DNA of 64,000 nt from contig CAWCKY010000001.1 of NCBI GenBank assembly GCA_963796275.1, positions 480,001 to 544,000 of the forward strand, given 5' to 3'. Every line of letters begins with the position of its first letter. Positions within the stretch are counted from its first letter, which is position 1. Under the pieces are notes generated by a model. It was not told the DNA's origin and did no database searches. It saw nothing but the letters and a program-made list of their open reading frames with translations. This document shows, piece by piece, positions 9,653 through 19,746 of the stretch. A program made the position numbers and the translations under genes. This DNA comes from an uncultured Acidobacteriota bacterium (GTDB lineage: Bacteria > Acidobacteriota > Blastocatellia > RBC074).

Positions 9653-12319
9653 TCAATTTCCTCCACCCACTCTCCCCTTGCCTCTGTGCCTCTTTCTGTT
9701 CTCGTCCCCTTTTTCTTTCTGGTCTTTCCGTTCTTTCTCCTCTCCCTCATCTTCATCGTCGTCATCTTCGATAACTCTGACAAAAGCGCTCCGCACCGGA
9801 GCTGGCATTTGCGAATCGGCGCCGCGCACCGCTTTCCAGATGATCTCGTTGAATTCGACATCCGGCGCAGCATCTTCCTTACTGAAATCCAACTGCATAG
9901 AGCGGTCCGCGCCGGGCGCGTCCGCTTGATTCTTCTCGCTCAGATCGACGAGCGAGGGACGGTGCTTGAACGTCGCAAGGTCCGCCTTGTAGGTGAAACA
10001 ATTGTACATCGGAGTGGCCGCCGCATCGTACTGGCTCATCGGGGGCAGGCCGAGTATCAATTCCATGGTGCGCAGCATGCTCGAGGTCGTGTACATCGTC
10101 GAATCGACGATCTTTCGTTTGGTATACGGGCTGACCACGAACGCGATGGACCGATGCGCATCGACGTGATCGGAACCGTTTTGAGCATCATCTTCGAGAA
10201 CAAATATTGCCGTCTTCGCCCAGTACTTGCTGTTCGTCACAGCCTCGACCAACCGGCCGAGCGCCAGATCGTTATCGGCGACATAAGCGCGCGGAGTCGG
10301 GGCTCCCGGGCGCGTCCCCTGCGTGTGATTATTGCCGATGCGCACAATCTGAAATTGCGGTAATTTCCCGTTCTTTTCGTACTCGCGAAATTCTTCGAGC
10401 CAGCGGTCGATGCGCGTGTTATCGGTGATCGAGAGATTGTACGGCGGAAAAGTCGGGCTGAAATGACCGATTAGCGCTTCCTCGGATGTGTAGTATTCGT
10501 CGCCCGGCTTGCGATCGATCCCCTGGTCGGCTTCTCCACCGCCGCCGGCTTTGACGTCCTTGACGCCGACGAATTCACCGTAACTGCGATAGGTGATCTT
10601 GGCGGCAGCGCAATAGTCCCAGATATAACCACGCGTCGGACGCGCGATTTTCTTGCTTCCTTCGTAATCGTACGTTCGGCCCCGCCGCGAATAATTGGTC
10701 GGCCAGGTTTTTTCTACATAATCGGTCGCATAAGCGCCCATCGACCAGTTATGGCCGTCGGCCGAAACCTCGGCATCGACATAGAAGTTGTCGAGCAACA
10801 CGAATTCGCGCGCGAGCGCGTGTTGATTCGGCGTCACATCCTCCCCGAAGAGGCAGATGCTCGAATCGCCATTTCCTTCCGGCATATCTCCGAGCACCTG
10901 ATCATAAGTCCGATTCTCTTTGATCACATAGATCACGTGCTTGATAGGCGATGGATCGCCGACGCGCACCGGGATAGCGGTCTTCACGCGCGGCGCCCGC
11001 GCAGCTTTCAACAATTCGTCTGTGTATGGCGCGTTGGCATAGACGCGGCGGGTGAGTTGAGCGAGCTTGCGCTTATCAGGCAGGTCGATGAGTGAGACCG
11101 TGCCCTTCAGCAAGGCGCCGATGTATTGCGTATCTTTATCGCGCGGCTTGGTCGGTTGAGGACCTCTCGGGTTCGCCAGAGAGGCGACGCCCTTGCCATT
11201 AGCAACGAAGAGCTTCTTGCCGTCTTTGCTCAACCTGACAGAGGTCGGATACCAGCCGGTCGGGATGAAACCTTCGACCTCGCTATTGCCGCGTTTTGCG
11301 ACATCGGCGATCGCGATATTGTTGTTATCCGCATTGGCGATATAGAGCGTCTTTTCATCGGGTGAAAGCGCGAGCGCATTCGGCGTACTGCCGATCGGCG
11401 ATTTCGGATGAAGCGCCGTCGAGATGACCTCGATCTCTTTCATCTGCTCCGTATCGATAACCGAAACCGTGTTGCTGTTGGCGTTGGCGACATAGAGCGT
11501 CTTGCCGTCGCGCGTCAGTTCCAGATCGTTAGGGTGATCGCCGACCGTAATATTGGTCACTACCCGCTTCTCGGCCGTGTCGATGACCGCGATATTGCGA
11601 GCCCCCCAGTTACTGACATATGCCCGCTTGCCGTCCTCCGATATTACACAGTCGTATGGATATTCGCCGACGTCTATCTTCGTGATGATTCGTTTTGCGG
11701 TGAGATCGATCACGGCGACTTTTTTGGACAGGTTCTCCGCCGTATAGAGAATCTTACCATCTGGCGTGATAGCGATCCCGGCAGGGAAAGCGAATTCGCC
11801 TCGTCCGTCCCGGCGTGCCTGATCGCGCGCCTTTTCATCGAGCGCGTGATATTCGGTGCTGCCGAGGTTTATTTTGCCGGCTTCCGTAGCCGCGCCGGCC
11901 GTGAAATCAAAGATCAATACCTCGTTGTCATCACCGCCCGAGACGTAAAACCGGGTACCGTCGGGAGCGAACGCCAATCCGAGCCAGGACTTTTTAACTT
12001 CAATCACCTGGATGCTGCGACCCTCTGTCAAATCGAGTACGTTTATCGTCTGCGGCCCGTATCCGTTTGTCGCGACCAGGAGGTAGCGGCCGTCATTGCT
12101 CATCGCCATATTCAACGGGAGATCGCTCACCGGTATCTGCGAGCCCTCGGGCGTCAGCGTCCATCCGTTGGGGAGTAAAGTTCCTCTGGTTGTCTTTCCC
12201 GGAAGTTTGCGTGGCGCGGGTTTAGGTTTCGCTTGTGCGAGGCCGATGATGAGATTAATCGGCAGCAGCAGTGAAAGACAGAGCAACGCGACGATTGGTT
12301 TTGCGAGACGAACAGGCAT
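9653..12319 (-). CDS. YncE-type beta-propeller + phosphoesterase (phospholipase C/alkaline phosphatase superfamily) fusion
   Basis: YVTN-like repeats (YVSNWG, YVANANSN), then IKHVIYVIKENRTYDQVLG, DAEVSADGHNWS, EDDAQNGSDHVDAHRS; likely start ATG 12319 with RBS. Confidence 0.88.
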   Translation of the reverse strand: MPVRLAKPIVALLCLSLLLPINLIIGLAQAKPKPAPRKLPGKTTRGTLLPNGWTLTPEGSQIPVSDLPLNMAMSNDGRYLLVATNGYGPQTINVLDLTEGRSIQVIEVKKSWLGLAFAPDGTRFYVSGGDDNEVLIFDFTAGAATEAGKINLGSTEYHALDEKARDQARRDGRGEFAFPAGIAITPDGKILYTAENLSKKVAVIDLTAKRIITKIDVGEYPYDCVISEDGKRAYVSNWGARNIAVIDTAEKRVVTNITVGDHPNDLELTRDGKTLYVANANSNTVSVIDTEQMKEIEVISTALHPKSPIGSTPNALALSPDEKTLYIANADNNNIAIADVAKRGNSEVEGFIPTGWYPTSVRLSKDGKKLFVANGKGVASLANPRGPQPTKPRDKDTQYIGALLKGTVSLIDLPDKRKLAQLTRRVYANAPYTDELLKAARAPRVKTAIPVRVGDPSPIKHVIYVIKENRTYDQVLGDMPEGNGDSSICLFGEDVTPNQHALAREFVLLDNFYVDAEVSADGHNWSMGAYATDYVEKTWPTNYSRRGRTYDYEGSKKIARPTRGYIWDYCAAAKITYRSYGEFVGVKDVKAGGGGEADQGIDRKPGDEYYTSEEALIGHFSPTFPPYNLSITDNTRIDRWLEEFREYEKNGKLPQFQIVRIGNNHTQGTRPGAPTPRAYVADNDLALGRLVEAVTNSKYWAKTAIFVLEDDAQNGSDHVDAHRSIAFVVSPYTKRKIVDSTMYTTSSMLRTMELILGLPPMSQYDAAATPMYNCFTYKADLATFKHRPSLVDLSEKNQADAPGADRSMQLDFSKEDAAPDVEFNEIIWKAVRGADSQMPAPVRSAFVRVIEDDDDEDEGEEKERKDQKEKGDENRKRHRGKGRVGGGN

Positions 12320-12477
12320 TACTTCTCCTAAAAAAGACGCAACTGGTTGTGCAGATGTTCTATGATGGAAATGAAAAAGAGAAAGGCAACAGCGCGAGCG
12401 ATAGGAAGAGAGTCTGCACCAACGTACTATCCGGGTAGACACGCTCGCCCCGCTGAACTGCTTCCCCCTTACGACCT

Positions 12478-13350
12478 TTAGCTCAGCGTATTCAGCGATA
12501 CAAGAGCAGGCTCGGCGAGCTCATCGTCATAATGCATGCCGATAGCGGCATCGAGTTCGACAGAGAGATTGCCGATTCCCGCCGAAAGAGATTTGAAATC
12601 GAATAGCTCCGGATCGAGCAGATGTGTAGGCACAGCGTTGCCCAGGGCCGTCAACATTGATTTACGGATGTTTGGGATCTCTTTTTGCAATTCGTCGATC
12701 AGCCGTTTCACGCGTTTGCGCTTCAGATTCTCCTGCGAGCCGCACAGATCGCAGGGGATAATGGGGAATTTTTGTCCTTCCGCGAAAGCAGCGATATCCT
12801 TCTCCCAGATGTATGCCATCGGCCGGATCACCGTATTGCGTCCGTCATCAGCGCGCAATACCGGCGGCATCGCCTTCAGGGTGCCGATGTAAAACAGATT
12901 GAGCAAAAACGTCTGCAGAATATCATCGGCGTGATGTCCCAAGGCGATCTTCGTACAACCTTCCTCGACCGCAATATTGTAAAGGATGCCACGACGCAAT
13001 CGCGAGCAGACGGAGCAATAGGTCTTGCCTTCGGGAACAAGTCGTTTGACGACCGAATACGTATCTCGCTCGACGATGCGGAAGGGGATATTCAGTCCAG
13101 ACAGATAACCGGGCAGCACGTGAGCCGGAAAGCCCGGTTGCTTTTGATCGAGGTTGACCGCAAGCAATTCAAAATTGACCGGGGCCTTGCGCTGTAACGC
13201 CAGGAGCAGATTGAGCAGCGTGTAACTGTCCTTGCCTCCGCTCAAACAGACCATAATCCGGTCGCCATCTGAGATCATCCGGAAATCTTTGATGGCTTCA
13301 CCCATGCGGCGCAAAAGAATCTTTTTCAGTTGTTCGCTACTGTCGATCAT
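12478..13350 (-). CDS. ttcA: tRNA 2-thiocytidine(32) synthetase
   Basis: PP-loop [28 protein letters not shown]. Confidence 0.95.
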   Translation of the reverse strand: MIDSSEQLKKILLRRMGEAIKDFRMISDGDRIMVCLSGGKDSYTLLNLLLALQRKAPVNFELLAVNLDQKQPGFPAHVLPGYLSGLNIPFRIVERDTYSVVKRLVPEGKTYCSVCSRLRRGILYNIAVEEGCTKIALGHHADDILQTFLLNLFYIGTLKAMPPVLRADDGRNTVIRPMAYIWEKDIAAFAEGQKFPIIPCDLCGSQENLKRKRVKRLIDELQKEIPNIRKSMLTALGNAVPTHLLDPELFDFKSLSAGIGNLSVELDAAIGMHYDDELAEPALVSLNTLS

Positions 13351-13385
13351 AGGAAACAAAGATTAGGCTAAGGGCTGCGGAAAGG

Positions 13386-14390
13386 TCAAACGCGAAAATG
13401 ATCGTATCCGTGAACTAATAAAGGCTTAACATCATCGTTTTTTCGCAGCAGTATGCGACTGCTGCCGTTTTCGATAATTTCTCCGATGCGCGTCAGCTTG
13501 ACATCGCAGTTTTTCGCTATTTCATACAATCGCGCTACCACATCGTTACTCGCGGTAAAGAGCAATTCGAAATCTTCACCACCATTCACGGCGAGGTCGA
13601 ATGACGATTCCGGGTCCTGAAAAATGAGGCTGACCTCTTCAGCTACCGGCAACGAATCGTAATCGATGATCGCTTCGACGCCGCTCTCCCTGCAAATATG
13701 CGCCAGATCCTGGGCCAAGCCATCGCTCACATCGATCGCCGCCCGAGCTAATCCAGCGATGGCGCGTGCGAAAGCGACGCGCGGCTCGGGCTTTAAATGA
13801 GCGCGCAGGGCATTTTGCAAAAGGCTTTCCTCATTCTCATTAACTCGCTCGCCTCGCTCAAGCAATTTCAATCCGGCAGCGGAAGCTCCAAGTTGTCCGG
13901 TGACGAAAATAGAATCGCCCGTGCGGGCGCCGCCCCGCCGCAACGCTTGGCCGGAAGGGCAGTGTCCGATCACGAATGAATCGATGGCAAGTCGATCGGG
14001 TGTAGACGACAGATCGCCGCCGATCAATGTCACGCCATGGATATCGGCTAATGCGAAGTAACCGGCGAAAAACTCCTCCCAGAAGGCTGTGGATGTGCGG
14101 CTGGGTTGGGGAATTCCGAGCGTCAGGAGTGAATAGCGCGGCGTTCCGCCCATCGCCGAAATGTCGCTCAGACTGACCGCGAGAGATTTATGGCCCAACC
14201 AGAGAGGGATCGTATATTCAAGTTTAAAATCGATTTCTTCGACCAGGAGATCGACGCTGAGCAGCGTCTCACGACCGGATTGTTCGCGCAGGATCGCCGC
14301 ATCATCGCCGATGCCAAGGATGAGGTCTGCGGAATTTCGTTTAGCAGCTTGCTCGCGGATGCGGTTGATAAACTCGAATTCACTTCGCAT
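13386..14390 (-). CDS. thiL: Thiamine-monophosphate kinase
   Basis: EFEFI, GIGDDAA, SDISAMGG, LIGGD, IDVSDGL, GGEDFELLF. Confidence 0.95.
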   Translation of the reverse strand: MRSEFEFINRIREQAAKRNSADLILGIGDDAAILREQSGRETLLSVDLLVEEIDFKLEYTIPLWLGHKSLAVSLSDISAMGGTPRYSLLTLGIPQPSRTSTAFWEEFFAGYFALADIHGVTLIGGDLSSTPDRLAIDSFVIGHCPSGQALRRGGARTGDSIFVTGQLGASAAGLKLLERGERVNENEESLLQNALRAHLKPEPRVAFARAIAGLARAAIDVSDGLAQDLAHICRESGVEAIIDYDSLPVAEEVSLIFQDPESSFDLAVNGGEDFELLFTASNDVVARLYEIAKNCDVKLTRIGEIIENGSSRILLRKNDDVKPLLVHGYDHFRV

Positions 14391-14400
14391 GGTCAAGAAA

Positions 14401-14506
14401 GTTTTCAGTTTTCAGTTTTCAGTTTTTAGTTTTCAGATCGCTGTCCATGGCTGCATCTCTAAATTGATGTAACTCAGACTGTGGGCGGCGAACTGAAAAC
14501 TGAAAA
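14401..14506. repeat. Heptamer-flanked miniature element (TTTTCAG)n...(CTGAAAA)n, copy A
   Basis: Tandem TTTTCAG units, a core, then CTGAAAA units; the reverse complement matches copy B at 16398-16504. Confidence 0.75.
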
Positions 14507-14740
14507 TAACCGCTCAGCCTCTTCGCCGCATTTAGCGGGCGGTTGATTTAAGAGATGTGAATAAGATATCTGAACCTTGGACAGCGAACTGAAAACTGTA
14601 GTAACCGCTCAGTCTCTTCGCCGCGTAAGCGACGGTTGAATTAAGAGATGTGAACCAATAAAGATATCTGAACCTTGGACAGCGAACTGAAATCTGTAGT
14701 AACCGCTCAGCCTCTTCGCCGCGTAAGCGGCGGTTGATTG
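14488..14740. repeat. ~97 bp tandem repeat, about 2.6 copies
   Basis: Unit gcgaactgaaaactgtagtaaccgctcagcctcttcgccgcgtaagcggcggttga..ttaagagatgtgaa..agatatctgaaccttggaca starting near 14488, 14584 and 14682. Confidence 0.85.
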
Positions 14741-14758
14741 TAGCCGTGGGTTTTAACC

Positions 14759-16156
14759 CACTGGTATCTACACAAGTTTTTGCGTTTGGTTGCAAAGAGT
14801 TATCGCAATCAAACCTACCGAAAGAATATGCTCTTTGAATGTTTCTCCTCAAACCTCCATTTGACCCCCGTTTGCAAAGACGGTATGAGAGGCTGGTGAA
14901 TGAACATCTCCATACAAGCGAGAATCAAGCTGCTGGATCGCGTGCGCTGCCGAGCGTTAATGAAGCGTTTGCCAGCACGCAAGCGGCCTGGCGATTTTAT
15001 GCCAACCCCAATGTGAGGCTGACGGGGCTGGTCGAACCGTTGGTAGAACAAGCTCGGCGGGAGATGCCGCTTGTCTGTCGACGGTATGGACTGGCGATCC
15101 ACGACTGGTCTGATCTGCGCTACGGAACGCACACGAGCAAGAATGATCGGAAAAAAATCGGCAGCGACTTGGGCTACAAACTGGCGACCACCTTGCTGCT
15201 GAGCGACCAGAGCGGGGCGCCGATAGCGCCGATCAGCCTTGGGCTGTGGGCCAATGATGGATGGCACACAACGCTTGATGAAGAGAGGCACAGAGATTGG
15301 TCGCCCCTGGGATTGGTGAGCCAGACAATGCGGGCTTCGCAGAAGCAAAAACTGTCGTTGCCGCTGGTCCACATCATTGATCGGGAAGGCGACTCGATCT
15401 TTCACTATCGTCAATGGAATAGTGAAGGCCATCTGTTTGAAGTACGTGCCAACGGGGAACAGAGAGTTGTTTGGCAGGAGCGGACACAACCGTTGAGCCA
15501 GGTCGCAGCACAGGTCGCCTTGCGCGCTAGCCAAGCGGTAGAGATTTCGGCCAATCTCATTGGGCAACTGTTTGTGGGCGAAACCAGCATCGTCATTGAT
15601 CGTCCGGCCTTTCCCCGCGCGCGCGACGGGGGCAAGCGTCAATGGATCAAAGGTGAGCCGCTCGAACTGCGCTTGATTGTCTGTCAACTGCGCTTGCCCG
15701 ATGAAACGATTGCGGCTGAATGGTACTTGCTCAGTAACGTGCCGGCTGGCATCAGCGCTGAGCAACTGGCCGAATGGTACTACTGGCGCTGGAGAATTGA
15801 ATCTTACTTCAAGTTGCTTAAAAGTCATGGTTTCCAAGTCGACCAGTGGCAGCAGGAAACTGCTGAGGCGATTGCCAAACGTTTGTTGGTGGCGGCCATG
15901 GCTTGTGTCGTAGTCTGGCACATCCAACGCGCAACGGATCCGCAGACGGTCACCCTGCGCAATTTCTCTTGGTCCGATTGAGCGGTCGACAAGTTCGGCG
16001 TGGGCAACCCACTGCACCAGCATTGTTGGCTGGGTTTTGGAGTTTCTTGTCGACACTTGAATTGCTCGAACATTATGACCTCAATGACCTTAAACAGATG
16101 GCCCGGCTCATTGTGCCAGGCTATTCCTAACCGTCGGAAATGTGTAGATACCAGTG
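14759..16156 (+). mobile_element. IS4-family, IS50/Tn5-like insertion sequence (~1.4 kb)
   Basis: Terminal IR CACTGGTATCTACACA (16 bp); left 19-mer ends in ACACAAGT like the IS50 outside end; 10 bp direct repeat GGTTTTAACC at 14749-14758 and 16157-16166. The exact boundary is ambiguous because the target is palindromic. Confidence 0.9.
14839..16130 (+). CDS. IS4/Tn5-family transposase, frameshifted near 15965
   Basis: AAWRFYAN, AIHDWS, HIIDREGD, WYYWRWRIESYFKLLKS (YREK motif); C-terminus LLVRLSGRQ...LLAGFW continues in another frame to 16130. Confidence 0.88.
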
Positions 16157-16331
16157 GGTTTTAACCCACGGTGGGGGTAGATTTTTTTCACGTCGCGTCA
16201 GCGACGGTTGAATTCAGGCGTCGCTAACGCGACGCGGAACATCTTTCAAGCCTTCCGTGGGTTAAAACCCACGGCTATAATCAACCGCCGCTAACGCGGC
16301 GAGAGGCTGAGCAGTTGCAAATGAAAAACTC

Positions 16332-16397
16332 CAGTTTTACCGCCGCGCACAGCTTGACCCGTCTTGATAAAGCTCTCAGCCATGCGCTGTATATCGG
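16332..16397 (-). repeat. Degenerate duplicate of the last ~80 nt of the M16 gene
   Basis: Matches 16517-16595 with a ~12 nt internal deletion. Confidence 0.85.
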
Positions 16398-16504
16398 ACA
16401 GTTTTCAGTTTTTAGTTCGCTATCAACCGTCTAAGTTGCATCAATTTAAGAGACGTGAATAAGATATCTGAACCGTGTACAGCGAACTGAAAACTGAAAA
16501 CTGT
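16398..16504. repeat. Heptamer-flanked miniature element, copy B
   Basis: 24 bp terminal IR acagttttcagtttttagttcgct / agcgaactgaaaactgaaaactgt (23/24 match). Confidence 0.8.
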
Positions 16505-16515
16505 TTTTGGGTGAA

Positions 16516-19497
16516 TCAGTTTTTACCGCCGCGCACTACGCCGCGACCGGCTTGACCCGTCTTGATAAAGCTCTCAGCCATGCGCTGAATATCGGCCTTT
16601 TTTACAGCTCGAATGGCGTCCGGCTGGGTTTCAATCTCTGTCGCCTTACGCCCGAAGATGACTGCTTTCGCATATTCCAGCGAACGTTCGGGATGCGATT
16701 GCAATGCGATGGCATAACGGCCGATCGCTGCGTTTCGCCCTTCCTCAAATTCATCATCGGAAGGAGGAGCCGCCGCCAGCCGCTGCAATCCCGCGATCGC
16801 CGCCTCGCGCGCCCGCCCCTCGCTCTCAGGTAACGTCGCGAAGCTAAGGTAGAATGCGCCCGATGCCAGCCTCTGCTCCAACTCGACTTTGACCGCGTCG
16901 GTCAAACCCAGTTTGTCGCGAATCTCGTCGACCAGTTTCCCCGATGTTGTCAACTGCGCCAGCATCTCCGCGGCATAGAGGTCATTCGATGCCGTTGCTG
17001 CGCCGCCTTGCTGCGCGGGCACTCGAAACCCAATTGCTTGCGCAGTCAATCGATTCCCCCGCTGTTCGGCCTGCTCCTCCGGCGGAGCGGGAGAGATCGG
17101 CAGGTTGACTTTGAGCGATTTATCGAGTTCGCTGCGTCTCAGCCGTTCGGAGAATACCCTCGATACGAGGGCCGAGCCGTCCGTATCCCCGACCAGCGTT
17201 ATGAGCGGATACTGTTTTTTGATAGTTTTGCTATGCCAATCCTCCAACTTTTCATCGGTGGCGGTTTTGACCACTTGCGGCAGACCGTATCGGGGCAGAC
17301 CGTATGGATGGCCCGGATAGAGCGAAAGCCACATCAACTCCAGCGCGCGCGCATCCTCATCGTCCCGCTGCCGATTTTGATCCGCCAGTTGTAATATGCG
17401 TTCCTTCGCTATTTCTTCTTTGTCGAAGAATGGACTATCGACGATCTCCAACAGTAATTTGACGGCGTTCTCGGCATTCCGCGAGAGGACATCGAGCGTA
17501 AAACCGAAATAGTCGGGCTCGTTAACGATGTGTAGCTTGCCACCATAGCTTTCGATTTCGAGCGCGATCAGATCGGCCTTGCGCGCCGTCGTGCTTTTGA
17601 GCATCGAGCGCAGCATCAATTCCGTCATCCCGCTGGTCGACTGGTCTTCGATCAATCGTCCGCCCTGGAAGAGCATGCTCACCGTAAGCGTGGGTTGAGC
17701 TTTGTCCTCGCGCACATAAACGCGCGGGCCGCGCAATACCGAGAAATCTTTGATAGGCAAAGGCACCGAAGCGATGATGATGTTCTGACCTTCCGTCGAC
17801 GGCGCGCGCTCTGCGCCCTGCGTGAAAGTCTTGAGCGCAACGGCAGGCTTGATCTCCTCCGGCTTGATCGGCTGTACTGCGCCGGCGGCGAACGTCGTGA
17901 GCAATTCGGCAAACTTCTCAGGCGTAAAGGTGCGGGCTTGCGCATTGCGCGGCTCGTATTCGACAACCGTCGTATTTGCGAGCGTCAGATAGTTCGCTGC
18001 CGCCGCTTGAATATCCTGGGCGGTTACAGCCCCATAGCGTGATAGGCTGGAGTCGAAGAAGCGGTAGTCGCCGAGCTGCGCCTCACATTTCGCCAGCGTC
18101 TCCGTCTCCTTTTCATATTGTAAGATCGTTTCGTAATAACTCTTCTCCAACATAGCGCGGGCGCGTTCCAGTTCGCCATCTCCTATCAGTTCGCGGCGGA
18201 ACCGTTCGATCTCCCGGAAATATTCGGCTTCGGCGCGATCTATGCGATCGGGATCGACGCGCAACTGAACAACGAGCATTCCTGCGCCCGGCAGTACTAT
18301 GAATTCGGCACCTGTCTCGATCGCAACGCTCGATTTGTCGCGCGACGCCAATCCTTCGCGCAATCCCTGCCATAGGCGCGAGCTGTTTCCCAGACCCAGG
18401 ACGGCCGCCATCATCCGCATCGTCGCCAGCTCTTTCAGGCCATCTTTATCCGCCTTGAATGCGGGCGTGCGATAACCTATGGTGATGTAACTCTGACTGA
18501 GATCGGCCCGCTCATTGGCGTAGCGCAGTTTGTCTTGCTGAGGCTCCTCGGGATTGGGCGAATACGTATCTTGCGCCGCAGAAGGGGCGAGGGCTGTTTC
18601 ACCAGGCTTCGCCGTGCGAGCGGCCGCCCGCGAGGCGGACTGCGCAGGTGCCGCCTTTGTCGTAGGCGCCGATGTCTTGAACGATCCGAAATGCAATTGA
18701 ACCTGCCCCAGAGCCTTGATCGAGAAGATATCTCCGATGACGGTGACGATCGTATTACCCGGTTGATAGAAGGTTTGATAGAAAGTTTGCAGTTGATCGG
18801 GGGTCACCGACGCAAGCATCGATTCGGATACGCTGCCGCCGCGGTTCAACCGATTTGTAGTAAATGCCGTCGCATAAAGTTTTTCGACCGCGGTCGATTC
18901 GGACCGGTCCCTTCTGCTCTCAATGATCACCAATTGCGCGGTCCTCTTCAGGTCGCTCGGGTTGAACGCAGGCCGTTGAATGAGATCGGCCAGCAGTTCA
19001 ATGATCGCCTGATAGCTCTCGGCCGGGGCGATGATGTTGAAAGAAGTGTGATTATATGAAACCTGCGAAGTGAGGACCCCGCCGAGCCGCGCGACCTCTT
19101 TCTCGACCGCTGTTCCCGATCGTTTAGCCGTTCCGTTCAAGATCATTTGACGGGCGAGCTGCGCCATGCCCGCCTTTTCGTCGGACTCATTGACCGTCCC
19201 CGTCTTGACCGTGACATTCACCGAAACGAGCGGCGATGAATGGCGTTCGCGGATGATCGTGGTTAAGCCGTTCTTCAGGATAAACCGCGATGTCGATCCA
19301 TCGAGGTCCTGCTTGACCAGCTTACCGCCCTCCGGAATTCCGAGCACTGTCGTACCAGGCGCGTTGGGTTTAGTGGTGGGCTTAGGCTGCGGCGGCGAGG
19401 TAGACGGTCGACCGCGGCCGCTTTGCCCGAATGTGTTGATGGTAGACAACGAGATCAATATGAAAATGAAGGCTGTGTACTTGATCCTGCGATACAT
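16516..19497 (-). CDS. M16 (pitrilysin/insulinase) family protein, four-domain, lacking HxxEH
   Basis: LKNGLTTII...VKTGTVNE, FYQPGN..V.VIGD, HPYG; the zinc motif position reads GMAQLARQM; signal peptide. Confidence 0.85.
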   Translation of the reverse strand: MYRRIKYTAFIFILISLSTINTFGQSGRGRPSTSPPQPKPTTKPNAPGTTVLGIPEGGKLVKQDLDGSTSRFILKNGLTTIIRERHSSPLVSVNVTVKTGTVNESDEKAGMAQLARQMILNGTAKRSGTAVEKEVARLGGVLTSQVSYNHTSFNIIAPAESYQAIIELLADLIQRPAFNPSDLKRTAQLVIIESRRDRSESTAVEKLYATAFTTNRLNRGGSVSESMLASVTPDQLQTFYQTFYQPGNTIVTVIGDIFSIKALGQVQLHFGSFKTSAPTTKAAPAQSASRAAARTAKPGETALAPSAAQDTYSPNPEEPQQDKLRYANERADLSQSYITIGYRTPAFKADKDGLKELATMRMMAAVLGLGNSSRLWQGLREGLASRDKSSVAIETGAEFIVLPGAGMLVVQLRVDPDRIDRAEAEYFREIERFRRELIGDGELERARAMLEKSYYETILQYEKETETLAKCEAQLGDYRFFDSSLSRYGAVTAQDIQAAAANYLTLANTTVVEYEPRNAQARTFTPEKFAELLTTFAAGAVQPIKPEEIKPAVALKTFTQGAERAPSTEGQNIIIASVPLPIKDFSVLRGPRVYVREDKAQPTLTVSMLFQGGRLIEDQSTSGMTELMLRSMLKSTTARKADLIALEIESYGGKLHIVNEPDYFGFTLDVLSRNAENAVKLLLEIVDSPFFDKEEIAKERILQLADQNRQRDDEDARALELMWLSLYPGHPYGLPRYGLPQVVKTATDEKLEDWHSKTIKKQYPLITLVGDTDGSALVSRVFSERLRRSELDKSLKVNLPISPAPPEEQAEQRGNRLTAQAIGFRVPAQQGGAATASNDLYAAEMLAQLTTSGKLVDEIRDKLGLTDAVKVELEQRLASGAFYLSFATLPESEGRAREAAIAGLQRLAAAPPSDDEFEEGRNAAIGRYAIALQSHPERSLEYAKAVIFGRKATEIETQPDAIRAVKKADIQRMAESFIKTGQAGRGVVRGGKN

Positions 19498-19746
19498 CTC
19501 TGATCCCTCTTATAGTTGAATTTTTCATGTAAAACTTTAGCACGAAAAAAGCTAAATACAACAGGCACAGGATGCAATGCCATGAGGGAAAAGCGCCGTA
19601 CATCGTATTAGTAAGTTTTACCAATCGACAAATTAGGGGGCGGAGCCTTTTTGATTAGGCGGCGAACCGAATTCTTATGGAACTCAAGGCTGCGCCATCC
19701 TGTGATTCGCTGTGTTAAGCTAAATTCCGGTGAGTCAATCGGAGTT

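Larger units (their letters stand above)
14701..16316. repeat. REP doublet (REPIN-like) interrupted by an IS
   Basis: ~60 bp inverted arms (left from 14701, right 16255-16316), each with the hairpin CCGTGGG-N6-CCCACGG; GTAG foot on the left arm; internal cgtcgcgtcagcgacg / cgtcgctaacgcgacg hairpins. Confidence 0.8.

Noticed and set aside
14488-14740. Possible CRISPR array
   Set aside because: Whole units repeat with no unique spacers, and there are no cas genes; it is a tandem duplication
14815-16056. 413 aa minus-strand ORF
   Set aside because: Antisense shadow of the IS4 transposase with no motifs
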